This document shows, one piece after another, positions 23,401 to 35,392 of a stretch of DNA of 64,000 nt. The number at the start of each line of letters is the position of its first letter. Positions within the stretch are counted from its first letter, which is position 1. A model generated the notes under the pieces. It was not told the origin of the DNA, ran no database searches, and saw nothing but the letters and a program-made list of their open reading frames with translations. This DNA is from Takakia lepidozioides (Eukaryota > Plantae > Bryophyta), in contig CM060734.1 of NCBI GenBank assembly GCA_030704615.1, forward strand, positions 51,088,001 to 51,152,000. The letters are read 5' to 3'. A program made the translations under genes and the position numbers.

Positions 23401-25279
23401 ACGGTTCTTTACCTGAGGTTTCAATCTCAACACTATCTTCAAGAACTCCACTTGTGGTCGAACCTGCCACTCCCTCATTTGAATAACCTGAGGGCCCAAT
23501 CTCGTTCCACCAAGTACCCCAAGAGAGCAGTGGAAGTTTATATGACCCTTCATCACCTGCGGTTTGTGCTTTATTGACATCTATACTCATATCTCCATCC
23601 ATCACACCGCTAGTAGATTTCCTGCGTCCTCTTACTCTACGCTTGTTGTTTGATTCAGAGACAATGCTGGCTACACCATTTACAGCAAGATCCACTACTT
23701 CCTCTTTGGTTTCTGTGGATTGGTGCGTACCGCCATGATTCTCCTCTCCCTTACCTTCCTCAGTCCACAGTTCTTTTTCCTTCGATTTGACAGATGATTT
23801 TTTCCTGGAACTGACCACAGCATTTGTACTTGTATTTGAGGAGGCTGTTGCTGGGTCCAAACCCACAGCATCTACCTCTATTGAAAGAATCAAAGACTCC
23901 CCCCCAATGCTTTCCACCTCTTTTATGGCCTTTTGCACTGCCTTTTCCCCTTTCAGCTTCCTTGTACTTGTATTTGACAAGGCTGTTGGTGGGCCCAAAC
24001 CCACTGCATCTACCTCTGTTGAAGGACTCAAAGACTCCCCTCCAATGCTTTCCACCTCTTCTATGGCCTTTTGCGGTGCCTTTGTCCCTTTCAGCTTCTC
24101 AGTGGATTCCACCAAACCCACGGCATCTACCTCTGTTGAAGGAATCAAAGACTCCCCTCCAATGTTTTCCACCTCTTCTATGGCCTTTTGCACTGCCTTT
24201 TTCCCTGTCAGCTTCTTAGTGGATTCAACCAAACCCACTGCATCTACCTCTGTTGAAGGAATCAAAGACTCCCCTCCAATGCTTTCCACCTCTTCTATGG
24301 CCTTTTGCACTGCCTTTTTTCCTTTCAGCTTCTTGGTGGATTCCACCAAACCCACTGCATTTACCTCTGTTGAAGGAATCAAAGACTCCCCTCCAATGCT
24401 TTTCACCTCTTCTATGGCCTTTTGCGGTGCCTTTTTCTCTTTCAGCTTCTTAGTGGATTCGACCAAACCCACGGCATCTACCTCTGTTGAAGGAATCAAA
24501 GACTCCCCTCCAATGCTTTCCACCTCTTCTACGGCCTTTTGCACTGCCTTTTTCCTTTTCAGCTTCTTAGTGGATTCCACCAAACCCACTGCATCTACCT
24601 CTGTTGAAGGAATCAAAGACTCCCCTCCAATGCTTTCCACCTCTTCTATGGCCTTTTGCACTGCCTTTTCCTCTTTCAGTTTCTCAGTGGATTCGACCAA
24701 ACCCACGACATCTACCTCTGTTGAAGGAATCAAAGACTCCCCTCCAATGCTTTCCTCCTCGTCTATGACTTTTTCCTCTGCCTTTTTCCCTTTCCGCTTC
24801 TTAGTGGGTTCGACCAAACCCACGGCATCTACCTCTGTTGAAGCAACCAAAGACTCCCCTCCAATGCTTTCCAACTCTTTTATGGCCTTTTGCACTCGCT
24901 TTCTCCCTTTCAGCTTCTTAGTGGATTCGACCAAGGCATCTACCTCTGTTGAAGGAATCAAAGACTCCCCTCCCGAGCCTTCCACCTCTTTTATGGCCTT
25001 TTCCACTCCCTTTCTCCCTTTCAGCTTCTTAGTGGATTCGACACTGCCAGCACCATCCCCACTAAGAGCCTGGGATCTCGCTGTCGGTGTCCGTCCCCCT
25101 GGTTCTTGAATTCCAGGCACCCTCCATAGAAGCCCTACATTGTTCTTTACATGTGACCTCTCAGCCCGCAGATGTGATATAGAGCTTCTCCCAAAATTGC
25201 GAGAACGGGAGAGGAACCGCACAGGGGGAGCGAGCCGAGGAACAGAGATGGTAGAGAGAGAGGCCATGTACTGAGGCAA
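20435..25279 (-). CDS. RNE: Plastid ribonuclease E/G-like protein; probably two exons (25279-23413 and either 23067 or 22977 to 20435)
   Basis: Ser/Arg-rich transit-peptide-like N-terminus, then GNVYLGRVKQLLPGMTGVFVDIG (S1 domain), KKGPRLT, TEALVSIDVNGG, RLRDIGGIIVVDFIDM, SEFGLMEMTRKR and CSSCKGSG. Donor CAG|GTAAAG at 23412 (phase 1) has two phase-compatible acceptors. Confidence 0.93.
23825..25042 (-). repeat. Coding tandem repeat, 10 x ~117 bp (39 aa LVESTKKLKGKKAVQKAIEEVESIGGESLIPSTEVDAVG)
   Basis: Directly visible in the DNA (e.g. 24121 vs 24238) and in ORF 23378-25279. Confidence 0.97.
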
Positions 25280-26180
25280 AGCGACTGCCTCTTGATGGAC
25301 GCCTCCCGATTGCCATGCCCCCGCCAGCTTTTGTTATTGAGTGATTATCCGGACTCCACCAATTGGAACTCCTCTCTTATCATGCCTGTAGCAATCCAGT
25401 TCTCACCACTCATGATGTCACTCCCTACCATGCACAAAAACCGCACTCCCCCAACAGTGAAACAGAGAAAGGCGGGAGGAGACGGTGCTATAGCAGACCG
25501 ACAGCTTAAGCTTATCAGGTGTAAGTAACTTGTATAACCCAGCTTGGAATCCTTTCAAACTAGTAGATTGTTCTTCCTAAAGAGATCCTGAAGGGGCAAA
25601 CAAGTCTTAAACTTGGTTTCTCAGAGCCTGTTCCATTATCAAACCACATGATACAACACAAACACAAACAGTTTGGAAGCAAATCGAAGCAGTTGATAAA
25701 AGATTGGATCAACAAAACTGCAGCATGCTCTTGAGTCTCGAGTGAAGCCTTCCCTTCTGCACAGCTAACTTATATCATGTCTGATGACTGTTGGTTGGTT
25801 GAGAGTTTAATGAGTGTAGAGTTTAGATTGTAGACACCGGGTGACATTTCTTTTTGCAAAAAATGTTAAGAACTTCCAACAGACCTGTCACTATTTGGCA
25901 CCCGCCCAACCCCAAGGTACTATAAATCATATTTATTCTTGCTAGCTTAACTAGCAAGCATGTGTGGGCACTTTTAGGGCTGTGTTTCCTCTTGGTTTCT
26001 GTGAAGAGTCTACCAATTCCGGTATGAGATAGTGAGGGTTGGGTTTGTGTTACTTCCCACAAGCCTGATTCTCTCAGTGTCGTTTGCAGAACACAGACAT
26101 GAAGAGGGGATTGTGGTGCATTCAAACCCGAACGACGTGCACAAGCAGCTGAGTGTGTGTAGGAAAAAATACAGTGACCC

Positions 26181-27731
26181 ATGTCTGCGGGAATGCCTAC
26201 AGAGGGAAATGAAGGCGCAGCTATGAATCCAGGGAGAGGGATGGAGTTGAATGGGGACAGAATCACCGTGGGAGAGAACAGAAATAGTAATCTTGGATAT
26301 GGTACACCTGCCGATGTAATGGGGGACAGTAGCAGGAATACTCCTGCCGGATCTTCCCCCCCAAACGCCATGGCAGATCGCAGAAACCCTGCTTCTGGAA
26401 TTGCATCAGTGAACGCAATGGGGATTGGTAGGGATAGTTTTGCTGGATTTCGACCCCCAAGTTTTGGAATTCCACCGCCCATGGGGGATGTGAGATACTC
26501 TCCTGTTGGGTCTCCGCCCTTGAATGCAGTGAGTCATCCAAGGAACAGACCTGTTTGGGTGAGGCCAGCAAATGCAATTGGAAATATCAGGAATGCCCCT
26601 GCGGGATTTCGACCAACCATTGGAATGGAACCCAATAGATACTACTATCCTGCTGGGTTTCCACCCCCGAATTCATCGATGTTGGATATCAGGAACGTTG
26701 CTGCGGGATCTCCTCCCAGTTCTCCTCCCCCAAGTACAATCGGAGCTCATCCGAATAGTCCTGTTGGATCCCCACCCTTGAACACAGTGGGAGATAGCAG
26801 TAATGCTGCTGCCGGATTTCGGTCCCAACCCAATAGATACTATCCAGCTGGATTTCCACCCCCAAATTCATCGATGGTGGATAATAGGAACGTTGCTGCG
26901 GGATCTCCTCCCAGTTCTGTTACCCCAAATACAATTCCTCACCCGAATAGTCCTGTTGGATTCCCACCCTCGAACGCAGTGGGAGATGCCCCTGCTGGAT
27001 TTCGGGCCCCCATTGGAATGGAGCCCAGTAGATACTATCCTCCAGGCTTTGCACCCCCAGATTCTTTGTTGGTGGATAATAGGAAGTTTGCTGCCGGATC
27101 TCCTCCCCCAGGCACACTGGGAGATCACCGGAATAGTCCTGCTGGATTCCAACCCTCGAACGCAGCAGGGGAGATCAGAAATACTCCTGCTGGATTTTCA
27201 ACTTCTACTGGAATGGGGTCCAATTGGTCTTATCCTGCTGGAGTTGCAACCCCGAACACTATGTTGGTGGATAATAGAAATGTGCCCCCTGCATCTCCTC
27301 CCAGATCTCCTCCCTTAAACACAATCGGAGATCACGGAAATTGGCCTCCTGGATTCCCACCCTCGAACGCGGTGGGGGATATCAGAAATACACCAGCCGG
27401 ATTTCCACCTCTGAGCACCTTGGGGGAGATCAGGAATATTCCTACTGAATTGCAAGCCCCCAACCCAATAGAAGATCATAATTTGCGAGGATTTCCACCC
27501 ACGAACGCAACGGCAGAGGTTAGGTATCATGCCGCTGGATTTTCAGCTCCAAATGCAATGGGGGAGATACAAAATCCTCCTGCTGGATATGCTCCCGTGT
27601 ACAAGATCCGTGAAAACACTACAGCTCGTGGACTTAAAGAGATCAATTCGGGGAGAGATTCCGGGGGAGGGTCTAGGATAGGGACTGTGGAGGAGCACAA
27701 AAAGGTAGAACGGAGGAATAGTTTCGGGTAA
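26181..27731 (+). CDS. Pro/Gly/Asn-rich low-complexity ORF (516 aa), in frame with the downstream YjbQ ORF and separated by one TAA
   Basis: About four ~65-aa units (PNRYYPAGFPPPNSSM.D.RNVAAGSPP) built from ~18-aa N.PAGFPP.N..GD.R subunits. The next ATG at 27735 is in the same frame. Confidence 0.6.
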   Translation: MSAGMPTEGNEGAAMNPGRGMELNGDRITVGENRNSNLGYGTPADVMGDSSRNTPAGSSPPNAMADRRNPASGIASVNAMGIGRDSFAGFRPPSFGIPPPMGDVRYSPVGSPPLNAVSHPRNRPVWVRPANAIGNIRNAPAGFRPTIGMEPNRYYYPAGFPPPNSSMLDIRNVAAGSPPSSPPPSTIGAHPNSPVGSPPLNTVGDSSNAAAGFRSQPNRYYPAGFPPPNSSMVDNRNVAAGSPPSSVTPNTIPHPNSPVGFPPSNAVGDAPAGFRAPIGMEPSRYYPPGFAPPDSLLVDNRKFAAGSPPPGTLGDHRNSPAGFQPSNAAGEIRNTPAGFSTSTGMGSNWSYPAGVATPNTMLVDNRNVPPASPPRSPPLNTIGDHGNWPPGFPPSNAVGDIRNTPAGFPPLSTLGEIRNIPTELQAPNPIEDHNLRGFPPTNATAEVRYHAAGFSAPNAMGEIQNPPAGYAPVYKIRENTTARGLKEINSGRDSGGGSRIGTVEEHKKVERRNSFG

Positions 27732-27734
27732 AAA

Positions 27735-30700
27735 ATGGCAGATAGATACACAATGGGGGAGGGCAGGAATATTTCTAGGGAAGACATCCGGCGTACAAGT
27801 CCGGAAGATGGAGACACAGCGTTGGATGATGAGTTTCCAGAACAGGGAGACTCTAGAGACGAGATGGGCTACTCCACTGTTGGTCCACGTGAAAGCATGG
27901 AGCGGAGAAACTCCTTCCGGGAAGAGAGCGGATCCGTTGAGGAGCACAGAAAGACAGAGCGGAGGAAGAGAACTGTGGGGGAGAGGGCAGAGAGAGGTCC
28001 GGAGCTAAGAAACACAGTGGGGGAGAGCGGAACTAGTTTTAGAGAGGAGAGGGTTGGTAGAAGTCCGGAGAATCAAAATAGAGTGGGGGTGAGAACGAGG
28101 AGTGTGGAGGGCGAGTTGTCAGAACAGGGAGACATAACGGAGGAGACCAGGTACTGTGCTGTGGGTCCACATGGAAGCATGGAGACAATTGAGTGGGGAC
28201 ACTCACTCCCGCAAGATAGGAGGTCTGGTAACGCAGCTATGGTGCCCTTGTGGGCCCAGAAAACAATTGTTCTTCCACCTCACAGGCGCGGGTGCCATCT
28301 CGTCACACCTTTTGTGCGCTCTTGTTCCTTTTGACATTCTATTCCTTCATTTGTTTTTTAACACCTCTTAGGGTCTGCGAGGTGATTAGAGATTGGCAGC
28401 ATTAGCTACATTGAAGCCCCGAGGGTTTTCTCAGGCTGTCTCATTTGCTAAGCATATTGAGTCTGTCTCAATCTGGGACAGGTTTAGAGAATACATATTT
28501 TGTCTGTCAGGGCTTCCTTAGCAAAGTTCCTACTCTGCGAAAAAGCAAAGGTGACTAAGAAAGCCATGTTGAGTGACTGCGTCCCTCAATTTGATGTCAT
28601 TAGAAGTTCAACAATCCTAATCCATTCTGATACCATAGAGGGTTTCTCAACTCTTAGTAGATTCCAACATCCCAGTTCGAAAACAGGACTATTGCACATT
28701 TTGTGATGTTTGAGACACTGATTACCTTTGGCTACTCGGACAAATGTAAAACGTTTCCTACAGTAGTTCATACAAAACCAGTTTCTTTCATAATGCAGAC
28801 CACCTGTAACCATTGACAGTCATTAAACTGGGGAAGAATCACGAAGCTCTCCTTGATGATTTATGAATCCTTCACTTGAATTGGCACATCCCTCTATTCG
28901 GTTGGCCTGGTTGGTGACAGATTTTACGGGACATTGAGTCTGACCTGGTCTGCTTTAGATGTGGCCTAGCCCATTTCTTTTGTGAGTTAGTCAACTTCCT
29001 CACTCCTTGTGATTATTTGTTATCACAATAGGAGACATTTAAGCTTATTGGGTAGTATCCTAATCACCCATGATTACCTGCTGCCTTGCATCTCTCCTTT
29101 GTGAAATCAGGAAGACTAGTTTGTAAAGTTTTTTGAGAAGTCACTGCTACACTCGGAGACGTTGCAGAGATTCTTGACAAAGCACACTATTCAATGGTTT
29201 GGTGTTGTGGGTCTGGCTGCAACACTGCTGCACACAAGTGCGTCATTGACAATCAATGAGAACTATGATCGAGATGTGCTGGATGATGTTGAGACTTTCC
29301 TCAATGGAACTGTGCCTGAGGTAGAGCCTCCTACCACTTTTGAGAGTAATCTTGACTACTTCTACCTATGCTAAGGCAAAATAAATCTCAGCTATCCAGG
29401 AGCCTGACAAAGTAGACAACCTGAACTTGGTCAGTGGATAGTGAAAAGCGATCGACTTTATTTGCTGGATGAGATCAGAAGGGGAAAGTTCTGCCTTCAG
29501 AGGTTTGTATACAGAGGCTCTGATGCTTTGTAAGCTACGGGTAGGTTGACATGTGTAATGGATTGAGTCTCTAATTTGTGTGCAGGGAAATAGAGCTCCC
29601 TGGAAGCATACGCTTGAAGGTGAGCAACCTATTCTCCTTCATTTGTAGTAAGGCTGATGGTTTGAGAAGATCACAGGTTTTATACTCCTCAGACCTGATT
29701 ATTACAGCAGTTTCTGGCCTTTTGAACCATATCGCACACACACATGCAAGCACACACACAAACTGTGAGAGATGTATGGCAGTTTGATTCGGAGGTTGTC
29801 TCCTAGGGGGAGATGTTATATCCAACGGGGCCATCGCCTCCAAGTCACATGATCTCTGTAGTCAAGCATGACACTTCTAAAAAGATAATGGTTGTCAATG
29901 TATAGAAGATACTCGAGGTTGCATTTTGTATTAGAAAGCATGTGGTTGGAGTATGTTGCAGCTGGTTTCGGGGTTTATTATGGAGTGCACACTGTCTGTG
30001 GTGCAGGACCAGATGACATGCCTGCACACATCAAGTCATCCATTGTTGGTAGTTCTATCACGTATGCTAGCTATCTATTTGGCTCCTCTGTGTATTTCTG
30101 TCTCACTCAGCCTCCGGCCTTGAGACCAGCTGGTTACAGTCTGCAATGAAAGGCATAAAGGCTAGGGCATGTGCAATCACCCGTAGGACTGCATTCTCTG
30201 TGCCGTGAGGATGTCTATAAGATTGGGACTGACCTTGCAATTATCAATCTCGTCTCTCTTTAACATCTCTGATACCCCTTGGGACTGGAACCAGTTTGGG
30301 CGTATTAGCTCTATAGCATCACCGCAGCAAATTTTGCAAGCATTGATTTATAATGTGAGGGTCACAATGTTTAGAGGTGGTACATGGGCTTTTGGCGCAG
30401 GGTGCCCATCACAGAGGGCCAATTAAACCTCGGCAGTTGGCAGGTTCATTCTTCATCTCTCACTCCCTTTTCTTTCTCCCTCTTCTCTCGCTCTGCTCCA
30501 TACAAACTGGGCTTGTTGTCTATTGTTGAAAGGCGATAAGTGCTCTCTGTGCTTGGGCCTCCCATCAGTGTAATTGTTGTCGTCTTTCTTTCTGTTTTTC
30601 TTTCTTACTCTTCTTCAAAGCTGTAGTCCAGTTGCTATGAAGGAGGCTTGATTTAGCACATAGCACATGCAAAGGGTATGTGGACAGTGTCTGTGGATGT

Positions 30701-30786
30701 GGGACCGCTGGCAGGGAATCTGGTTGTGTGAACATCGGGACCATGGGTGCACCAGGAATGTGGTGGTAACCATGACAAGCGTTTGA
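27735..30786 (+). CDS. YjbQ/UPF0047-family protein, 7 exons, possibly compromised
   Basis: WAQKTIVLPPHRRGCHLVTP (to 28313); ILRDIESDL..CGLAHFF (28921-28981); LHTSASLTINENYD..TVPE (29226-29320); GNRAPWKHTLE (29586-29619); GPDDMPAHIKSS (30007-30061); VPITEGQLNLGSWQ (30401-30443); GIWLCEHRD..VVVT (30715-30786). Confidence 0.88.
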
Positions 30787-32429
30787 CATACCATGTCCTA
30801 TGTATCTAACTTTTGTGAGAGAGGCTGAAGAAGTGGGTGTGAGTGTCCAAGACGTTTAAGACAACAGGGAAAGATCAATAATGCAGTGAATGTCGGCACA
30901 TTTCATATCTACATTGTAGACATGAAGTATTAACATTGGAAAAGTGCAGATTGTTGTGACTTGGTGTTTTAGTAGATGTTGCTTCAACATGCATCACTCT
31001 GCTATGTTCAATTGTAAGCCTGCTGTATCTGTCTTTCACTGCCAAATCTCAAGTCTCTACTCAGAGCAATTGTTGACCTTCAGTTTCTTGTGACCCTGGA
31101 TGCCCGATTGTCTGCAATTTGGAGTTCTTCTCTGGTGGCCCTAACTAGATCTATGAGCTCTTCAATCTTGTTTTGAGCAAGATCTATATGCACTTTGTAC
31201 TGAGCCTGAGAAAATTAAGCAAGAATGTCATTCTCAATATTAGGATGATGGAAATTAGCAGCTGGCAGACATCCCTTAATTGATCACCTAGCATGGATTT
31301 AGAATCTATATGCATGTCACGCCCATACTTCGGGTATGAACTGCATGTTAAATGGAAGCTGCCACCATGATGGACAGGCAAGTGTCTCCTAATAGTATCA
31401 TGCATAGGCTGAGCCCGGAAGTAGTACCACAATCGTAGTACCACAATGGAAAGGATGAGAGGTGTTTTTGGGTTTTTGGACAATTCCGGGACCCACCCTC
31501 ACACCTCAGCGGCTACCTGCCCACCAACGATCATCCACGTGGATGAACAGTACAAACTGCTTCCTACTTACAAGATGCACAAGCCCCCCAAAATTAGGGA
31601 GATTCCGCCGTGTAGTTTGGGAGATTATAACATTTGAAGACGGTGCATTTTTTTGAAAATGGAAAAAACAAAGCAAAAGTTCATGTTTGACTAAGCAAAT
31701 TATCCATGATCCCAAATTTCCCTGGGAGAAAAAGTGTTATATTCCTGTGAAGTGCACAATCCCAAACCCTCACACCAAATTTCGGCAATCGGTGGCCGGA
31801 ATTTCGCCTGAATCCGGCGACATTTTTCGGGCCACGTCGAGGTTTCCCATTATTTGCTAGGGCCAGCTCATTCGAGCCGTCCCTTGTTCGTCGGCGTGTT
31901 GGGGAGGGCCTCACAAGCCCCCCACTCCAACCCCTGCATTGCCCCCCCCCCCAAAATCCCACCCGCGTGGCCGCTGCCACCTGCCACGTCGACGGTCAAC
32001 TGCGGTGCCCCCCCCTCTACCCAAAATCCTGCAATTTCCAAACTTCAAGAAATTCCTGATGGCGGAGTTTTTCTCTCTTGGGGCGCCATAAAGACCTGCG
32101 TGTGCTGCTCGTTCCGCGCTACATTTTTCGTTCAAGTCGCTCGTACATCGGACTTCATCCGTGCATGCTACAGATGGATGAAAAATCGGGCCGAGGGCTA
32201 GCTTCGGCTAGATTTTTTTCGCATGCATCAGCTGAGCCTAGGTTGATAACCTTTCCTCGTAGATTTTACCACACGTAATGTGGAACGGCTGGGCCATTGG
32301 GGATTCCAGCCTGTTAGGCTTCCCTCAAGTTTCCAGCCTCAGTGATTATTTCGGGGAGCCTTCGAGGCTGGAATCCCCAACAGTTCCATTTAGTAATCCA
32401 TTTCAGTCGTAGGATCAAGTTAAACATCC

Positions 32430-34394
32430 ACACCATCCAATTCTTACTTGAGATTCCGAATACTGTGCTGAATGTACCCTGAAATTCCAGAAATCCACTT
32501 GGAAATTCTGTACAGGAAGCCCTCACTAGATTACTAAGGGAAACACACCTGAAATGGATTACCTTACTGAAGAATTCATCTTAGATGTCATTTAGGGCTC
32601 CCAAAATGTGAACTGAAAAGAACTCTAAAGTGAACCTGCCGTATGCCATTGCTTTCACCTAACTGATAAATGACACAGCCCGACATACCTCACGTTACTC
32701 TCTGGGATGAGATCAATGTAGGTACCTGGTGAAATCGGTCTGCAAATGCAGGGATCTCCCCTTTGGATCCAACCATTTCATAATTCCTGTGATGATATGA
32801 TGATTCACGTCGATCAGCTGAGGTGAAAAGGTAATCAGCGGATCAGTCACCGATCTCTATTCACAGTCAACCACGCCAACCATAGTTTTCATTACTTCAT
32901 TCTCTAGCTGTGCCTTGGAGCATGCAAGCTGGCCGCACTTGACCTGCCAGGAGACACTTCTAAATCAATAGATAGACTTGCAAGAACTTGCTGCATTGCC
33001 TTCTGTCGTCTTCCACAAAAAAGCGCGCAATATGAATCATGGTCACCGGGGCAATTATCTCGAGATCAAAGACCTGGCGAGACAAAGAAGATACCTCATT
33101 GCGCAGATCTTGTAGCTCTCTCCTCAAATTGGTGTTCTCTTGTACCAGCGCATCGTTTCCTGCGTCCACAGCAATGCCAATACTGCAAAATTTCACCACC
33201 ACCTACTGTGTCCAAGGTACCCCCAGCGTACACGCTTTCAAACTTTCTTTTTGTTTCTCCTGTGCGCACCAAAGTCCAAGCCAATAATCACCACTAAGCT
33301 CTCCACAGACCGAACCTTCTAACTACAATTTGCAGTCTGCATTCCAGTATAGTCTCTGATAGGCAATAGGTACTTATGGCTTCCTCAAGCTATTCATTAT
33401 ACTAACACCTGATGTATGGCGTATAGTTACTAGCCTAGCTCTCAGCATGCCTTCGGCAGTCCAACAAAAACAACTTAATGTGCGATTGAGCAATTGAGCA
33501 ACCAAGGAGTGAAGATGCATATGCAACGGCTGGTTGCCACAGCTGGAATACTCTGTACTGCCTGGTCACAATGATAAAGCAAAGCAACATACGGGCTTGT
33601 AAGTCAAGCAAATGCACCGAGGATGTAGCTGCTTTCTCGACTAACAACTCCATTTGCGGCTTAGCTTAGGTTCTTCATCCTCAGAAGTCGAGAGAGAGAA
33701 GTACTGTCAGATTCACATAGAGTTTGTGAGTACCTAGCTGATAAACTCTCCAAGGTGAAATAATAGTCTAAGTGCGGGCCTGTTCTATGTGATGAGAGCA
33801 ACTGGAAGGCTAGTACAGCCCGCTAAATTTGAATAAAAAGAACGTAACGAGTTAGATAGTTCCGCCCGAGTTTGCTGTTATCATAGGCGAAGAACTTACC
33901 ACCTCAGTCTTCGAAATTGGACCAGAAACCTGAACACGAAGATTTTCGTTATCAACCGGCTCATCTTTTCCTGCTGGTTCCAGGCCGGTCTTCCCAGCCT
34001 CGGTTGCTACATAATATACAAATGAAGAGTTTAATCTGAGGCACTTTCCACTTTGGTCAGGCGGAGCCAAGCAAACAATATCGAAGTATGAGTAATACTG
34101 ACTAGTCATTTGGCACGAAGTTGCTCTGAAAGTTGTTCATTATAAACACCAGCAGGATTTATGGACACCAACTTCACAAATAACTATCTAGCTGTGCTAC
34201 TGCAAGACAGTTCACAGATCAGATGGGGGAGCTTCAGAAATACCCCTGTCTAGAGCCTGCGATTTCATAGGTGGAGCATCAGTAACCTCAGGTGGATTGT
34301 CGAGCTTGCGAGGGGCGGCAGGAAAGGAAAGGGACGCAGCCGGAGGACTCTCCGGATTGCGCTTTCGTAAGGAATCACCTGGCTCCTGCATCAT
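32430..34394 (-). CDS. Unidentified multi-exon protein with a short coiled coil; structure tentative
   Basis: Exon-like blocks separated by short GT-AG introns: MMQEPGDSLRKRNPESPP.., APPDQSGK..PISKTE, GNDALVQENTNLRRELQDLRNEVSSLSRQ..CSKFLQ, VKCGQLACSKAQLENEVMKTM and NYEMVGSKGEIPAFADRFHQ. Confidence 0.45.
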
Positions 34395-35392
34395 TCCCCT
34401 TCTGATAGTGTTCCCGCCTGCCGTCTACTGTTTAAAACATTAGCAAAAACACCACAAAATTCTCCTTACATGTCTGGCAACAGGGATTCTCGCATCAGGG
34501 GCGCATCTTTGACTTCTAATACAAACCAGACGTGAAGGCGGGTTCGAAGTTCGCTGTTAATTCTCGTTCTTTGACACCGTATTAGCGTCCGGAAGATCCT
34601 GAACAGCGCACCGTATTTCCATCCTCGAGGCCTTCGATTGCATTGTATTTACGTCTGGATCACCGTATTCTGTTTCCGTAGAGAGACGCTTTCAGACGAG
34701 GAGGGACATGATAGAAGAGCTTCTCGGCGCCGGCTATGGCTGCCGTATGTAGGAACAGAGAACCGTAGAAGGTATCGATAGATACGACTTGATGCTTTCT
34801 CGAGGGGGGAGAGAAAGATGCAAAGAGCGCTGTCAATCTTTTTCACTTTCAAGAACTTTGCAGCTGGTAGGAGCAGTAGCGATCGCCTTCCTGGACGTTA
34901 CAGGCAGCCCGCCATGGCGTGTCCTCCCGTTTCCAGCAGTTTTCACTTCGCGTATGTTGGACATGCAGCTTCGTCCCCTGGATATGCACTGAATCCTGGA
35001 TTTCAATTCATCGAATTTCAGACAGGCCTAAGAAACCATTCCATTCCCGTAATTTCATGTAGGTGGTAGCAGGCCACGGAAAATTGAGGTGGATACGATC
35101 TCGTAGATCTTCTATAAGCGGGAGGCAATTTAAATAGAAAATTGTGGCATCAAACTGCTTTTAGCTCTCTCTCATACTCTGCCTCTCTTTTCGATGTCCG
35201 TCACATTCATACCGCCAGTTGTGTGTTTCGGCGCTTCCTGAGTCCCTGTTTCTGGTTGTGCATATCAACTCTCAATTGTAATCGCCATTGTAGGTATTGA
35301 CTCGCTGGGAAACAACTCGGAGCCCTCTTGTTACTGTCCTTTCATAAGGTGCTCACCTTTTTTAGAATCCTCCTCTGAAGTCGTAGGTCACC

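Noticed and set aside
23787-25109. 440-aa plus-strand ORF and the smaller overlapping ORFs
   Set aside because: Antisense shadow of the stop-free 117-bp coding repeat in RNase E.
31480-32290. MITE call for the GC-rich palindromic segment
   Set aside because: No TIR pair or TSD found; kept only as a remark on shared TCATCC motifs.
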